In this document: positions 1 to 11,521 of the stretch, piece by piece
Position numbering within the stretch: the first letter of the stretch is position 1
Layout: each line of letters begins with the position of its first letter
NCBI GenBank assembly: GCA_024626585.2
Contig: JANKJI020000004.1
Coordinates: 143,617,756 to 143,634,796, forward strand
Direction of reading: 5' to 3'
Origin: Ginkgo biloba
Lineage: Eukaryota > Plantae > Ginkgophyta
Length of the DNA stretch: 17,041 nucleotides
The notes under the pieces: model-generated
What the model was told of the DNA's origin: nothing
Database searches by the model: none
The model's input: the letters and a program-made list of their open reading frames with translations, nothing else
Position numbers and translations under genes: made by a program

Positions 1-51
1 CTGCAAATATCCCATGAGATAGTGAGCGATGAGGAGAAAATAAACAATTTG

Positions 52-420
52 ACATAGCCAATGAATCTGCAAGTTGATTTTTTTCCATATGAACAAAAGT
101 GATCAAAAAAGCATTAAATTATTCCATCAAAAGCCACATTCAATGCCTTTATTGCTTAAGTCGATCATTCTTAGTAGCTCATGTGTCACAAAACTGATTT
201 ATGATTAGCTTAGAATATCTATACACTTTCATCCTTTTTATTCCAAGGCTTTTTTTTTTTTTTTTTCCAAGCACTAAAGATTCATAATCTTCTATGTTAT
301 TAGTGCAATCAAAGTCTAATCAATAGGAGAAATGGAAAAGTTTATCAAAAGGGTCTTCAAGAATTACACCAACACCATCTCCTAACCTTGATCTAGCTCC
401 ATGAATACATGGTCTAAATA
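52..420 (-). pseudogene. Degenerate archaeal-type RNase H (aRH) domain of a Ty3/gypsy Tat-clade retrotransposon
   Basis: Manual minus-strand translation gives ..HGARSRLGDGVGVILEDPFDKLFHFSY*LDFDCTNNIEDYESLVLG..(poly-A slip)..IKRMKVYRYSKLIINQ..FNAFLITFVHMEKNQLADSLA. This matches the aRH pattern FDGA..GAG..L.P....RL.F.CTNN.AEYEAL..G....V.GDS.L...Q....N..ADSLA. Multiple stops are present. Confidence 0.85.
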
Positions 421-569
421 CCATATCTAGGTTCTTCATACCCTTGCTCTTCTTTTGGATATAGTTTTATCAACACATCATATGTGCCTAGGCTAGTCAT
501 AGTAAAATAAATTTTGGGCTTGGCATCATCAACATTCTCAATGTGAACTCGATGTCTAATCTCCCCAAC

Positions 570-940
570 TCAAATAAACTCATGTTGATATAGGATCATC
601 ATGAATGATCCATAAATTCTCATTAATCCACTAAGATAATCCACCCAATCTCTTCTAAGGAGCATAACATATGATTCTACAAGATTAATAACCAAAACAT
701 TCATCATGACAGTTAGTTGTGGGGATGCATAAATCAGAATGCTTAAGTCTAAAATTTCTCCCACTATTTTAACAGGTCTCAAATTCATTGCTAGCATATA
801 TTCAAAAGATCATTTACATTCCAATCCCAATTTCTTCATAACATTATGTGGCATAATATTATGAGCATCTCTTGTATCAATCATACAATTATGAAGAAAG
901 TGATTATGTATTCTCAGAGATACATAGAAAGGGAGATTGC
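570..940 (-). pseudogene. Degenerate retrotransposon aspartic protease (same Tat element as the aRH)
   Basis: Minus translation LPFYVSLRIHNHFLHNCMIDTRDAHNIMPHNVMKKLGLEC*..VGEILDL...MNVLVINL..YVMLLRRDW matches the gypsy protease pattern (PFY....NC.LDSGAS.N.M...M..LG ... MLL.R.W). The catalytic DTG has become DTR and there is an internal stop. It includes ORF 570..797. Confidence 0.8.
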
Positions 941-1060
941 GTGGTAATGGGTGGGTTTGGTTTTTCATAGTACTACAGTCAAAGTAGTGACATTGCCTTC
1001 CAATGCTTTATTTAGGTTCTACTTTTGAATAGGAGCCTTGAGAGAATCTAATAGAGACAT

Positions 1061-1063
<3 letters not shown>

Positions 1064-1103
<40 letters not shown>
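1064..1103. repeat. (GA)20 microsatellite
   Basis: Perfect GA dinucleotide run read directly. Confidence 0.97.
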
Positions 1104-1106
<3 letters not shown>

Positions 1107-1750
1107 ATGTGGATGGAATTCACACATAGGAATATGCCATGGGATAGACTTACACCAATAGACGGGTTTATATCACAAAGGAGCCAAAGAGAACAATGAC
1201 ACATGGATTTAGGAGTTACAAAAATGTATGACCCTAAAACCCTCAAAAGTGTGCTAACTTCAACTTAGGAGAATTAAATGCTAGAAATAATATTCCTAAT
1301 TACTTAGGAATTAAACATTATTCCTAACATTGTCATCATATAATAACTTTAATTTTCTACAATTCTTGAATAAGGAATTAAATACTATAAAATGACATGG
1401 TTAATATGGTTTTTAGTAATAATAATTTTAATTATATAGGATTATAAATTAACCATTTGTATCCCTATGTCAATGCCTCATTAATGTGGCACTGACAAAC
1501 CTTATAATTATATTTTTTACTTTGATCTCTTTGAAAGAGTTTAGACTTCTTTTGAACCTTATATGTTGATGATAATAAAATAATTGGTTTCCATATATTG
1601 TCATATATTCAAGGTAGAGCAAAGTGGAGATGTAAACATAAATGGAACTTCTTTATTTATCTCTCTTCGGATCCCCCTTACAATGTATAAGGGCAGCTTC
1701 ACACTCTCCTGTGTCTACAAATAAAATAGAGTAGTCAAGACACAATAATT

Positions 1751-1784
1751 TTTCTTAAAGTACCTTTCAAGGTACTTTAAGAAA
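1751..1784. repeat. Perfect 16-bp inverted repeat with 2-nt spacer
   Basis: TTTCTTAAAGTACCTT-tc-AAGGTACTTTAAGAAA. Confidence 0.92.
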
Positions 1785-2029
1785 CAACAGAAAATTGGAT
1801 GATTTAATACCCTTTATTTGGATTTATCCATAACTAATCTCTTAACATAACTTAGTGTGAAGGCCAATATCAATTTTCTTTTATTTTACTTTAGTTTAAC
1901 GGGCAGTCGGAAGTGGCCCTAAGTCTTCTTATTTATCCTAATGATCTGAGAAGTTATCTACATCAACATAACCATCAATGGTTTTATTGAACTTCTTGGT
2001 CTCTATACTACCCCCTAAAGATGAAGGAG

Positions 2030-3454
2030 GTGTTCCATAAAAAGGTTTCATCTGAGAAACATGCATTGAGTGGAATATTACATTAGCCAAGCGTTGAAGT
2101 TAATACACTGAAGGAGTGAGTCATTGCACCACTCTATAAGGACCCAAACAATGATGAAGAAAACTCTATGAAAGTCCATGCTTTTGGATAAGATAGTATA
2201 CTGACACCAAATCATTCACTTTGAATTACTGCAAAGAACAATGTGCATCATGATAATGCTTTTGATTTTGTTGATCTAGAGAGAGACTTCTAAGCAAAGG
2301 AAAACCTAATAGTGGTAGCAAAAATGTCATATGATCATACTAACCTTGAGAAGATGAACATATAGAGATGTTGGAGGGAATGACAATATCTGGAGGTAAA
2401 ATTGGATCATGACCAAATAATGCACATAAAGGAGTAATGCGAGTGGGATATTTAATATAAGTATTAGAAGTAACAACAACACAAGATGGAAAAGTGTCCC
2501 AATTGGAGTGTTATGTATTGACATGCATGGCAAGCATGTGTTTAATAGTACCATTGAGTATTTTTGTCAAACCATCTATAGCAGGGTGAAAGGGGCTTTT
2601 AAATGATTAGTGAATGCCTAAGGTAGAGGTAACAATAGCCATAACTTGAGAGGTGAAGTTTGTACGATGGTTAGAAAAAAATATAAGGGACAAGAATGAT
2701 GATAAACAACTCCAAGTAAATTTTTTTCCACTTCATTTGCTTCCAAGGAGGGTATAGATTTTACTTCAAACCATTGAGTGAGATACATTGTAAGTGAAAT
2801 TATGTAGTGTTTTTTAATAGTGAAAATAAGAAAAATACCAATAATATCATAAGCAACAAGCTCAAAAGGTGCAAAGACAAAAATGAGTTTGAGATGTCCT
2901 ACTAGGCATTTGTTAGGAGATTTATTAGACCGACACACTATGCATTAACGAAGAAAGATCAAAAGATCATGGTGTAACTTAGGCCAAAAAAAATGGTTTC
3001 AGAGTTTTTGTAATACCTTTATAAAACCTAGATGCCCCCCTAAAGGATGATTATAAAATATGCTTGAATATAGTCAAAGCGAAGGCTTTAAGGGACATAA
3101 AGACGAGGGGTATGTCCTTGTTGTATTTAATAAAGAATGTTATCAATCAATTTATAAGATTGCACCAAGAAATGAACCAAAGGTGAGGTTGAGCAACTGC
3201 ATAACTATTGTATGTTATTTCAAATTATAGGATCAAAGGATCGAGCTTGGCAAAACTTTGCAATATTTGAAAGGAGTGTAGAAGTGAGCAGGGTAGATTG
3301 TACAACTGAAGATTTGCCAGACAAGGCATCAACTTCCACATTAGAACATCCAGGATGATAATGGACTTCAAATTCATATTCTTGAAGTACAAGGACCCAC
3401 TGAGCAAGTCACGACTTTAGATTTTTCTTAGAAAAAAGGGAAGTCAATGCAGCA
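2030..3454 (-). mobile_element. Degenerate Ty3/gypsy pol: RNase H C-terminus plus integrase
   Basis: Minus translations show the RNase H end LAQWVLVLQEYEFEVHYHPGCSNVEVDALS (~3320-3410) and the Zn finger NHPLGGHLG...FFWPKL....CIVC (~2930-3055). They also show integrase core APFELVAYDIIG...YLTQWFEV (ORF 2618..2938) and the GPY/F motif LGPYRVV...HVSQMKPF (~2040-2150). Many stops and frameshifts. Confidence 0.88.
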
Positions 3455-4124
3455 NNNNNNNNNNNNNNNNNNNNNNNNNNNNNNNNNNNNNNNNNNNNNN
3501 NNNNNNNNNNNNNNNNNNNNNNNNNNNNNNNNNNNNNNNNNNNNNNNNNNNNNNNNNNNNNNNNNNNNNNNNNNNNNNNNNNNNNNNNNNNNNNNNNNNN
3601 NNNNNNNNNNNNNNNNNNNNNNNNNNNNNNNNNNNNNNNNNNNNNNNNNNNNNNNNNNNNNNNNNNNNNNNNNNNNNNNNNNNNNNNNNNNNNNNNNNNN
3701 NNNNNNNNNNNNNNNNNNNNNNNNNNNNNNNNNNNNNNNNNNNNNNNNNNNNNNNNNNNNNNNNNNNNNNNNNNNNNNNNNCTTTTGGTAACTATACTAT
3801 GACTTTTTCTCCCAGTAGTGGAAGTGCATCACATTTACACAATATAGAAATCCATTATGTGGAAGTGCCACAATTATATGTTATGACCTTATAAAGGCAT
3901 GCGAAGATACGATATCGCAGAAAATAGTAACTTGAGAGAAGAAAAGACCGTGTATAAGATAAGAAGCTAAAATTCCATGATGATAGAAGAGTATATAAAA
4001 TTANNNNNNNNNNNNNNNNNNNNNNNNNNNNNNNNNNNNNNNNNNNNNNNNNNNNNNNNNNNNNNNNNNNNNNNNNNNNNNNNNNNNNNNNNNNNNNNNN
4101 NNNNNNNNNNNNNNNNNNNNNNNN

Positions 4125-5060
4125 AGATAAGGGTTATGGCACTATTGTATAGAGTAAAGAAGGTTTTTAATCAATTGATAAGATTATAGGAGAGAATGAG
4201 AAAAAGGGGGGTTAGATAGGTGTGTAATTATTGCATAATATGTTAAATTGTAGGATTTGAGAATTGAGCTTGTTGAAACTGAGCAATGTTTGAAAGGATT
4301 GTAGAAGTCAACACAGTGGATTATAGCACTAAAGATTCATGAGACAAAGTACCATCTTCTACATTAGAATACCCAAGATGATAACATACTTCAAATTTAT
4401 ATTCTTGAATAGTAAGAACCCATTGAGCAAGACATGACTTCATATTTTTCTTGGAGATATGGGAAGTCAATGTGGTATGATTAGTTTCAATAATAATATG
4501 AGAGCCATACAAATAAGGCTAAATCTTCTCATATGCCTAAACAACAACAAGAAATTTTTTCTCTATGGAAGAAAAACTTATCTTAGGTATATAAAGAGAG
4601 AAACTTATGTAGGCAATAGGATGGAGAATATTATCATTAGAATACTAAAAGAGGATATCATTCATATCACTATTTGAATTATATGTATGAAGAATAAAAT
4701 GATGTGAGGAATCAAGATGGGTGAGAACTAAGGAAAAATTCATAGCATGATTGATTTGAGCAAAGGCTATAACACAAGAAGGTGACCAAACAAATGGAAT
4801 ATATTTGTGTAAAAATGAATGTAATGGAGATAAAAGAGTAGAAAAGTTTGGTAAGAAATTGGATTTAAATGCACATATACCAAGGAACTATTACACCAAT
4901 TTAATTGATGTTCATGCAACTAAATCCATGATTTTCTTAATTTTATCAATATCCACTTTGATGCCCTATTTACTTATGCAAAATCCTAAGTATTAAAGTT
5001 TAGACACACCTAATAAATACTTTTTTGCATTCAACTTCAATATATAGTTGTGAAATTAGT
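4125..5060 (-). mobile_element. Degenerate Ty3/gypsy RT C-terminus/RNase H (second copy of the same family)
   Basis: Minus translations give LKLNAKKYLLGVSKL*YLG...GIKVDIDKIKKI...FLG....NFLPNFSTLLSPL...FVWSPSC..AF. RNase H follows as IETNHTTL...LAQWVLTIQEYKFEVCYHLGYSNVEDGTLS (ORF 4321..4512). Confidence 0.85.
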
Positions 5061-5369
5061 AGAGGATTTCACTCAACACTTATAAATGTTGATGTACCTA
5101 CTTGGTAATTGAAGTATTTCAAAGGTATGTGAAAGTGTATGATCAAAATCCAAGGGGGTAATCTACTTTGTAACTATTGTATTCCCTACTATACTAAACA
5201 TTATAGCTCTTTTTGAAGTTGCATGGCCTAATTCTTCTCTCTGTACAAAATTCTTATGATATTGTGCAATTGCGCATGTTATAGTCTAATATTATNNNNN
5301 NNNNNNNNNNNNNNNNNNNNNNNNNNNNNNNNNNNNNNNNNNNNNNNNNNNNNNNNNNNNNNNNNNNNC

Positions 5370-7777
5370 TTTACACACAAATATGGTACACATTATGTGA
5401 GTCCAAAAATATGAATAGAGACATTGAAGCATTGGATCCTTGAACGTAACCCAAGGCAATAATCCATTCTTCACCTGTGAACCTACCAAATCACCTACAA
5501 TAATATCATGCAACTAATATTCTATGCACTTTTGGAGATTTAGAATTCAAATATCTACCACAATCCAACTCAAGATTCCAAGAAAGATCAAAGACAAAAC
5601 ATTCATAAGACCTTAGACAACTACAAATCTCTNNNNNNNNNNNNNNNNNNNNNNNNNNNNNNNNNNNNNNNNNNNNNNNNNNNNNNNNNNNNNNNNNNNN
5701 NNNNNNNNNNNNNNNNNNNNNNNNNNNNNNNNTACCTTCATGCATGGGCGTGTAATGGAGGATAATTGTACATTCCTAGCATGTTATGATCTAGTTTATA
5801 CAAAAAAATCTATGTTGTGCTTGTTATCACTAAGGTATTTAATTCCTCCTCTCCATTATAAGGAAAAATCCTCATCAACAAGGAAGGGATTTATAGAAAC
5901 TCTAATTTACTGATTTGACAACTTAGTAGGGAATGATTTCTTAGTAATTCTCTCAAATTGCTTGCAAAAATGTAGATAAGACTTGTAATCTTTTTAGTTA
6001 TATGTAGGAGTGCAACAAAAGCCATACCACATCTTAGAATTATGCTTAATGGAATTTTATGTAGGCACATGAGAGTGGATAATGGTAAAATTAGAAGGCA
6101 TTTACTCTAGTAATGATCTATTTTTGGATACAAAAATGATTTTTTGTCAATTTCTAAGAAAACCCCAACTTGAGGTTAAAATTGAGAGAAGTTTGTTCAA
6201 TTTTGAGATAAAGGTCCATAAGTAAAGAGATGTATAATTTCTTAAGAGATTTAAAATGAGCCCAAGAGCATGGAAAAATAAGTTATGGTTTGAAAGTTAT
6301 GATGGAAATAGTGACAATAAAAAATGCATTATTTTTTGGAATTTTAGAGCTATCAGGGATAAAAATCCCAACTCGTCTCTAAATATTTTTTTTCTTTCAC
6401 TGTCATTCTTTCCAAAAGGGAGGTAATCCTTTAAATTTTATGTTTAAAAATTTAAGTTATATTAGTTTAAGAATTTGAATATAAAAGTCCCCATAAAAGG
6501 ATGCCTTTTATCACTTGTGTCCAACACTTGGTCAAAATTTAAATTTCATATTTTGAGAGTTCGAGCTTTTCCAAGACTTAACCGAAGATGCACTTTACAA
6601 AAACCATAAACCCCGAGTACCCAAAAATAAGGTCAAGATTTTGGGTTATTGAACTTCAAACTTATGTGAAGTTGCACCCATTCAAAACCTTAAACCTCAG
6701 AGAGAAAAAAATTGAATAAAAGATAGTTCACAATCCTTTAGGTTTTGGAGTTCAGGGATTAAAAGAGGAGTGTGGAACACTTTTTAGGACATTCTAAACC
6801 CACAAACCTGATAAAGAATCAAAATTCATATAAAGAATTATGAATTTCATAATTTTGAAAAGAGAGAAAAAGCAAAGGTAAAGCAACAGTTACGAGAAAT
6901 GGTTCAACTTCTTCAACTATTAGGATAATTGAAAGGTGGGAACAAAAAACCAAAGATAAAATGAAAGAAGAAAAATGGAAGGACCACTCAAAAGAGAAGA
7001 GAGGAGGACATAGGGAGAACATAATTGTTGAGGGAGAGAGTTCAATTTATTTTTTCTTCAATTATTCAAAAAATTGAACAAAGAGGGGGAGAGAGCAAGC
7101 AAGCATCTTCCTTAGAAGAGAACATCCACTCAAAGATAAAGTTGGAAATTTATGCAATAGTAAGAAGAACTAGAGAGTGTGAGAGAGACACCATTGAAGG
7201 TTGAAAAGATCCACATCAATTCTTGAATGTTTATTTTATTATGCAAATCTCTATGGGTTGTATCCCATAAGAAGATCCATTCACACAAAGTATGTTGTAA
7301 ATCTTTCTTATTGCAGAACAAATTCTATTTTAGATTTTTCTTCCCCATAAGGTTTTTCTCTAATTCAAAATCTTGTATCTGTGTATAAATTTGTGTGTGT
7401 TTCCAATTTATTTCTTTAAATTTTTTAGATTCGAGTATGTTGGGACTGCATACATATTTAGACACAGAATTTTAATTATTTCTAAGAAATTAATCTAAAA
7501 ATAAGAATGCACAATTATTAACATAGGGAGATTTTGAGTCACCCATTGAAATGAAAATCAATGTGGTCTTAAAGCTTTTTGTTCTTAAGTATGTGTGAAT
7601 GGTAAGAACCAAAATTAATTATTCCTCAAGTGGAGAGTCATTATTGTCAAGATTAATAATCGATATAGTACTAAGAGTTCAAAGAGAAATGGAAGAGGAA
7701 GATACCATTGAGAAGAGATTCAATAATTTGGAAGTTTGCATGGTGACTATCCTACATATGCTAAAGGAATTGAAGCA
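5370..7777 (+). mobile_element. Probable non-coding retroelement sequence (LTR/5' UTR), possibly followed by a degenerate gag start at 7599
   Basis: No credible ORF. It carries the motif TTTTCTTCCCCATAAGGTTTTTCTC (7335-7360), which resembles 9053-9077 in the putative LTR. A short ORF MVRTK... with a coiled-coil-like stretch runs into a gap. No canonical PBS was seen. Confidence 0.3.
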
Positions 7778-8137
7778 NNNNNNNNNNNNNNNNNNNNNNN
7801 NNNNNNNNNNNNNNNNNNNNNNNNNNNNNNNNNNNNNNNNNNNNNNNNNNNNNNNNNNNNNNNNNNNNNNNNNNNNNATTCAATAAGGATTTACATACAC
7901 TATGCCTTCACCTCTATTTATGAGATATAACTCATAGGGATTTAAGTAGTCAAACTTCCATGATCATGTGGAGATTTTTAGTCCTTACACAGACTCTCTC
8001 ATACTCACTGGTCTGGAAAAATATATCTATCTTCCTTGCTACTTACAAATTGTTCTAGCCTCTACCTTATCTCGGTAGTTGTTCTCTCTTTCTACGAATT
8101 CTCATTCCTTTAGTGCTCTATCCCTATCTTTTTATTT

Positions 8138-9281
8138 TGTTGAGACCTTTCCAGTTCTTCGAACTGTTTTGAGTAGATAAACTATCTCTAAGAGGTTATG
8201 TGATGCAAGAGCATCCGGCATCCACAGGGCTGGATGGCCGGCATCGTCTGCAGAAGGGTATTTTGGTTGATGTCGACGAGGAGAGAATTGAACACGTCGA
8301 TAATTGACAGGACTGACCTCATTGGTGGGGAGTAGCGGATCCATATCCGTCGGTAAGGTGTGAGCGGACATGCATCTGAGATATTGTTACCAGACTTTGT
8401 TGGTGGAGACCAACACACCTTGGAGATAGCTGGCAGACATCATCAGTGGGACATCTCATCGACTCCATCAGTGGAAGAGTGGAGGTGGATGCTTGTCTGC
8501 AGAGTAACTTGGAGCCNNNNNNNNNNTGCGAAATGACATGAGGTGGCCATGTAGAGGCTGATTGAGGATAGTGTAGACCGACAAAGGCCAAGAATCAGTT
8601 CAGGACAGTAAGCCATTGCACAGAGATAGATTTAGTATCATTATAGCCATTAATGGCAAGGACATTGTCAGAGTTAATGCACACCAAACCATCCCGTTGG
8701 AGATGAGAGAGATGTTTGGAGTAGGGACAAATATCCGTTGAATTTGAAGCTATATATTTACCTCTCTGGGATTCATTGGAGAGAGAGTTCGATTTGGAGC
8801 AACAAAGTGCTGCCAAATTTCTGAGCAATCAAGAAAGCGAGTGGATTAGAGGAGGGAACCCAACCAGCAGAGATAGTTGGCACTAAGGAGTTGACAGGCT
8901 TTAAGTCGATTAGAGATTTGTAAGCTGTAAGGCATGTTTGTAATGCCTCAGAGCGATTTTATGTAGGCCATAGGCCATTTCATTGAAATCCAATTTGGTA
9001 GTGGATGTAAGGGCAATAGGCCAGTTTCTCCTTGGATTTATATAGTCTGGAGTTTTCTTCCCCTTGAGGGTTTCTCCAATTAAAAAAAAGAGTTATGTCA
9101 TGGTATCCTTTGCTTTCTTGAGTTTGTCATGTTTGTAAATCCTTATGCCTGTGTTTTTCTGAAGTTTCCAATTCAGTTGTTTCACTGCGCACTCACTCGA
9201 TCTAGAGAAAGTTCCTGTTTAAGGTAGGCATTGGACTGAGCATCGATTTCCTCCCCATTCAGTTGAGTGCTTATTGCATCA
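8138..9281 (+). mobile_element. Probable solo or truncated LTR
   Basis: Begins TGTTGAG and ends TGCATCA, with higher GC than its flanks. The subterminal GATTTCCTCCCCATTCAGT resembles the ATTCACCCCCCTCT-type motif near the 3' ends of plant copia LTRs. The flanking 5-mers (TATTT/TAAGG) do not form a TSD. Confidence 0.45.
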
Positions 9282-9689
9282 TAAGGGGTTGGTCATTTGG
9301 AAATATTAAAGGGTCAACAGAGTGTGTTTACTTATTGAATAATTTATTGAGTTCTCAGAGGTTGTAAAATATGCCATGNNNNNNNNNNNNNNNNNNNNNN
9401 NNNNNNNNNNNNNNNNNNNNNNNNNNNNNNNNNNNNNNNNNNNNNNNNNNNNNNNNNNNNNNNNNNNNNNNNNNNNNNAGAAGGTTAATAATACATTAGT
9501 TGTTGAACCTTAAAAGAGAGGAGCTTTACCCTCCACATCCTATAGGAGTTTCGCATCTAGAGCCTACTCTTAAGTACATTATGGGAAACCCACATTAGAG
9601 ATGACAAATTCTTTCATCAACAAAACCCTAGAACAAGAAAATAATATTTTAAATGGTAGTGATTCCACATATTCTAGAATATAAGAATG

Positions 9690-9956
9690 AAGAAAATGTC
9701 CAATGCAAAATTTCGAGTTCAAACATAGGTTTAATAGAAGATGTAGTAAGATACACGATAGATATTAATGTAGCCACTACAGATGGCATCACAATGCTTC
9801 TTGTAGTTATTTTTGAGTAAAATTATAAAATTGTCAATTTGCTTCTAGGTAATGGAGTAGATATTAGAAAACTTGATGTGAATGGTGGCATATCCATGGA
9901 TTTTGCTGAACAATAACGAGACAAAAGTATTATGAAGTTGCTGCAACATAAGTAAA
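9690..9956 (+). pseudogene. Ankyrin-repeat remnant resembling the C-terminal ankyrin repeats of Shaker-type K+ channels (AKT-like)
   Basis: The frame from 9722 reads NIGLIEDVVRYTIDINVATTDGITMLLVVIFE*NYKIVNLLLGNGVDIRKLDVNGGISMDFAEQ*RDKSIMKLLQHK. The recalled AKT1-type pattern is N..LL.EIV.YGGDV.....GT.ALH.AV.E.N.E.V..LL..GAD..K.D..GWTP..LAEQQGH..I..LF. There are two in-frame stops, and it is absent from the ORF track. Confidence 0.7.
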
Positions 9957-10652
9957 ATGTGGCTGAATGCAAGTACATGATAAATATCCAAGGCAAAACT
10001 TTTTCAATTGAAATTCCAGAGAGTGAATGTAATGGTCTGAGGATAGACCATTCAATAGTAAAATGACATATTGAGAGATAGTGTTCGATAGAGAATCATG
10101 GATAAGAAAGGCAGATTAGAAAAATACCTTTAATTTCACCATAATATTCTAATGAATAGTAGCTTTCAAAAGGCATGCTAGCAAACTCTAATAAAATATA
10201 GTCATCGCAGTGCAGAAGCTCTGTAATAGAACAAATAACAACTCAAAAAAAATTGTAGCTCACTCAAATGGACTACGGATCTAAAAAACTCACGGCACAA
10301 TAGCTCCAATCAAGAACAAACAACAACATTCAAAAATTGCATAGTAGAGAAAAATCATGTGATAGCATAGAAAAATTATTCCGAACAAGCCAAGCTGCAT
10401 GGATGGAACTTAGTGGGGCCATCATTGCTCAGGCAATCTAGCGTTAGGCAAGTTGAGCAACTCGTGACATGGAACTATGCGATCACTAACCTATATTTAA
10501 GTGCAAGTTGATGAACACATAGATCGCTCTAATTATTTGCCATCATTAAATACTACTTGTAGCTAGGAAAACAACCACATGGTATCCATATGTAGATGGA
10601 TTGAACATAGACAATAGAAATAAAAATAAACATATACAAATAAAAATAAGAG

Positions 10653-10660
10653 TATATATA
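10653..10660 (+). promoter_or_regulatory. Candidate TATA box of the SDR gene
   Basis: TATATATA about 105 bp upstream of the ATG. The AT-rich context makes this weak. Confidence 0.25.
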
Positions 10661-10765
10661 CACCATTTTTTAATAATCAATACCATACTTTTGTAAATAA
10701 AGGTTATTTGTGAGTGGAGAGAGAGGCAAAGTATTGGATCTACGAAAGGATCATAGGAGAAGAAG

Positions 10766-11521
10766 ATGAGACGATTGGAAGGGAGAGTGGCGATCGTGAC
10801 GGGGGCTTCTCGCGGCATAGGTGCTCAAATAGCCCTTGAATTGGGTCGCAACGGAGCCAAAGTTGTGATAAACTACGTCGGGAATGCAGAAAAAGTAGAG
10901 GAAGTTGCATCCGCCCTCAACTCAGCTCATCCTCTCACAGCCATAACAGTTAGGGCAGACATCTCCAACTCTTCTGAGGTCTCCAAGCTCTTCGACAAAG
11001 CCCAGGAATGCTTCGGACACATTCACATTCTCGTCAACAATGCAGGGGTTATCGACTCCACATGCCCCTCCATAGCGGACACTACCCTACAAGTCTGGGA
11101 CATGACCTTCAATGTCAACTGCAAGGGCACTTTTCTCACCTGCAGGGAAGCGGCAAAGAGGATGGTCAGGGGAGGAGGCGGGCGGATTATTAACATTTCG
11201 GGCACCCTGGTTGCAACTCTCAGGCCCGGATTTGGGGTTTATTCGGCCAGCAAAGCTGCAGTGGAAACTTTGACTCCGATCCTGGCGAGGGAGCTTAGGG
11301 GCAGCCGGATAACAGTCAATTGTGTGGCCCCCAGTCCTATTGCCACCGACATGTTTTATGCTGTGAGGGATGAGGATTCGGTTAGGGCTATTGCTATGGC
11401 ACCCCCTTTGGAGCGCCTTGGGGAATGCATGGACGTCGCTCCTCTTATTGCCTTTTTGGCCACAGATGAGTGCGAATGGGTTAATGGCCAAGTGCTGCGT
11501 GTCAACGGTGGCCTAGCCTGA
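10766..11521 (+). CDS. Classical short-chain dehydrogenase/reductase, NADPH-dependent aldehyde reductase-like (At3g03980/ChlADR-like), intronless, 251 aa
   Basis: Complete ORF with TGASRGIG (TGxxxGxG), ADIS, NNAG, the catalytic YSASK (YxxxK), ITVNCVAP and the C-terminal EWVNGQVLRVNGG. Confidence 0.92.
   Translation: MRRLEGRVAIVTGASRGIGAQIALELGRNGAKVVINYVGNAEKVEEVASALNSAHPLTAITVRADISNSSEVSKLFDKAQECFGHIHILVNNAGVIDSTCPSIADTTLQVWDMTFNVNCKGTFLTCREAAKRMVRGGGGRIINISGTLVATLRPGFGVYSASKAAVETLTPILARELRGSRITVNCVAPSPIATDMFYAVRDEDSVRAIAMAPPLERLGECMDVAPLIAFLATDECEWVNGQVLRVNGGLA

Larger units (their letters stand above)
945..2020 (-). mobile_element. Probable polypurine tract plus 3' LTR of the downstream gypsy element
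   Basis: The minus strand reads TTTAGGGGGTAG (plus ~2008-2019) right after the integrase end, then TATAGAG (possibly a mutated TG start). Non-coding AT-rich sequence follows to ~945, where Tat protease homology begins. The boundaries are inferred. Confidence 0.35.
3455..9478. other. Assembly gaps (N runs): 3455-3781, 4004-4124, 5296-5368, 5633-5732, 7778-7877, 8517-8526, 9379-9478
   Basis: Read directly. Three are exactly 100 N, likely placeholders of unknown size. Confidence 0.98.

Noticed and set aside
3447-7930. ORFs containing long X runs
   Set aside because: They are open only because they span N gaps.
8132-8828. Minus-strand ORFs in the GC-richer segment
   Set aside because: No protein motifs; they lie within the putative LTR.
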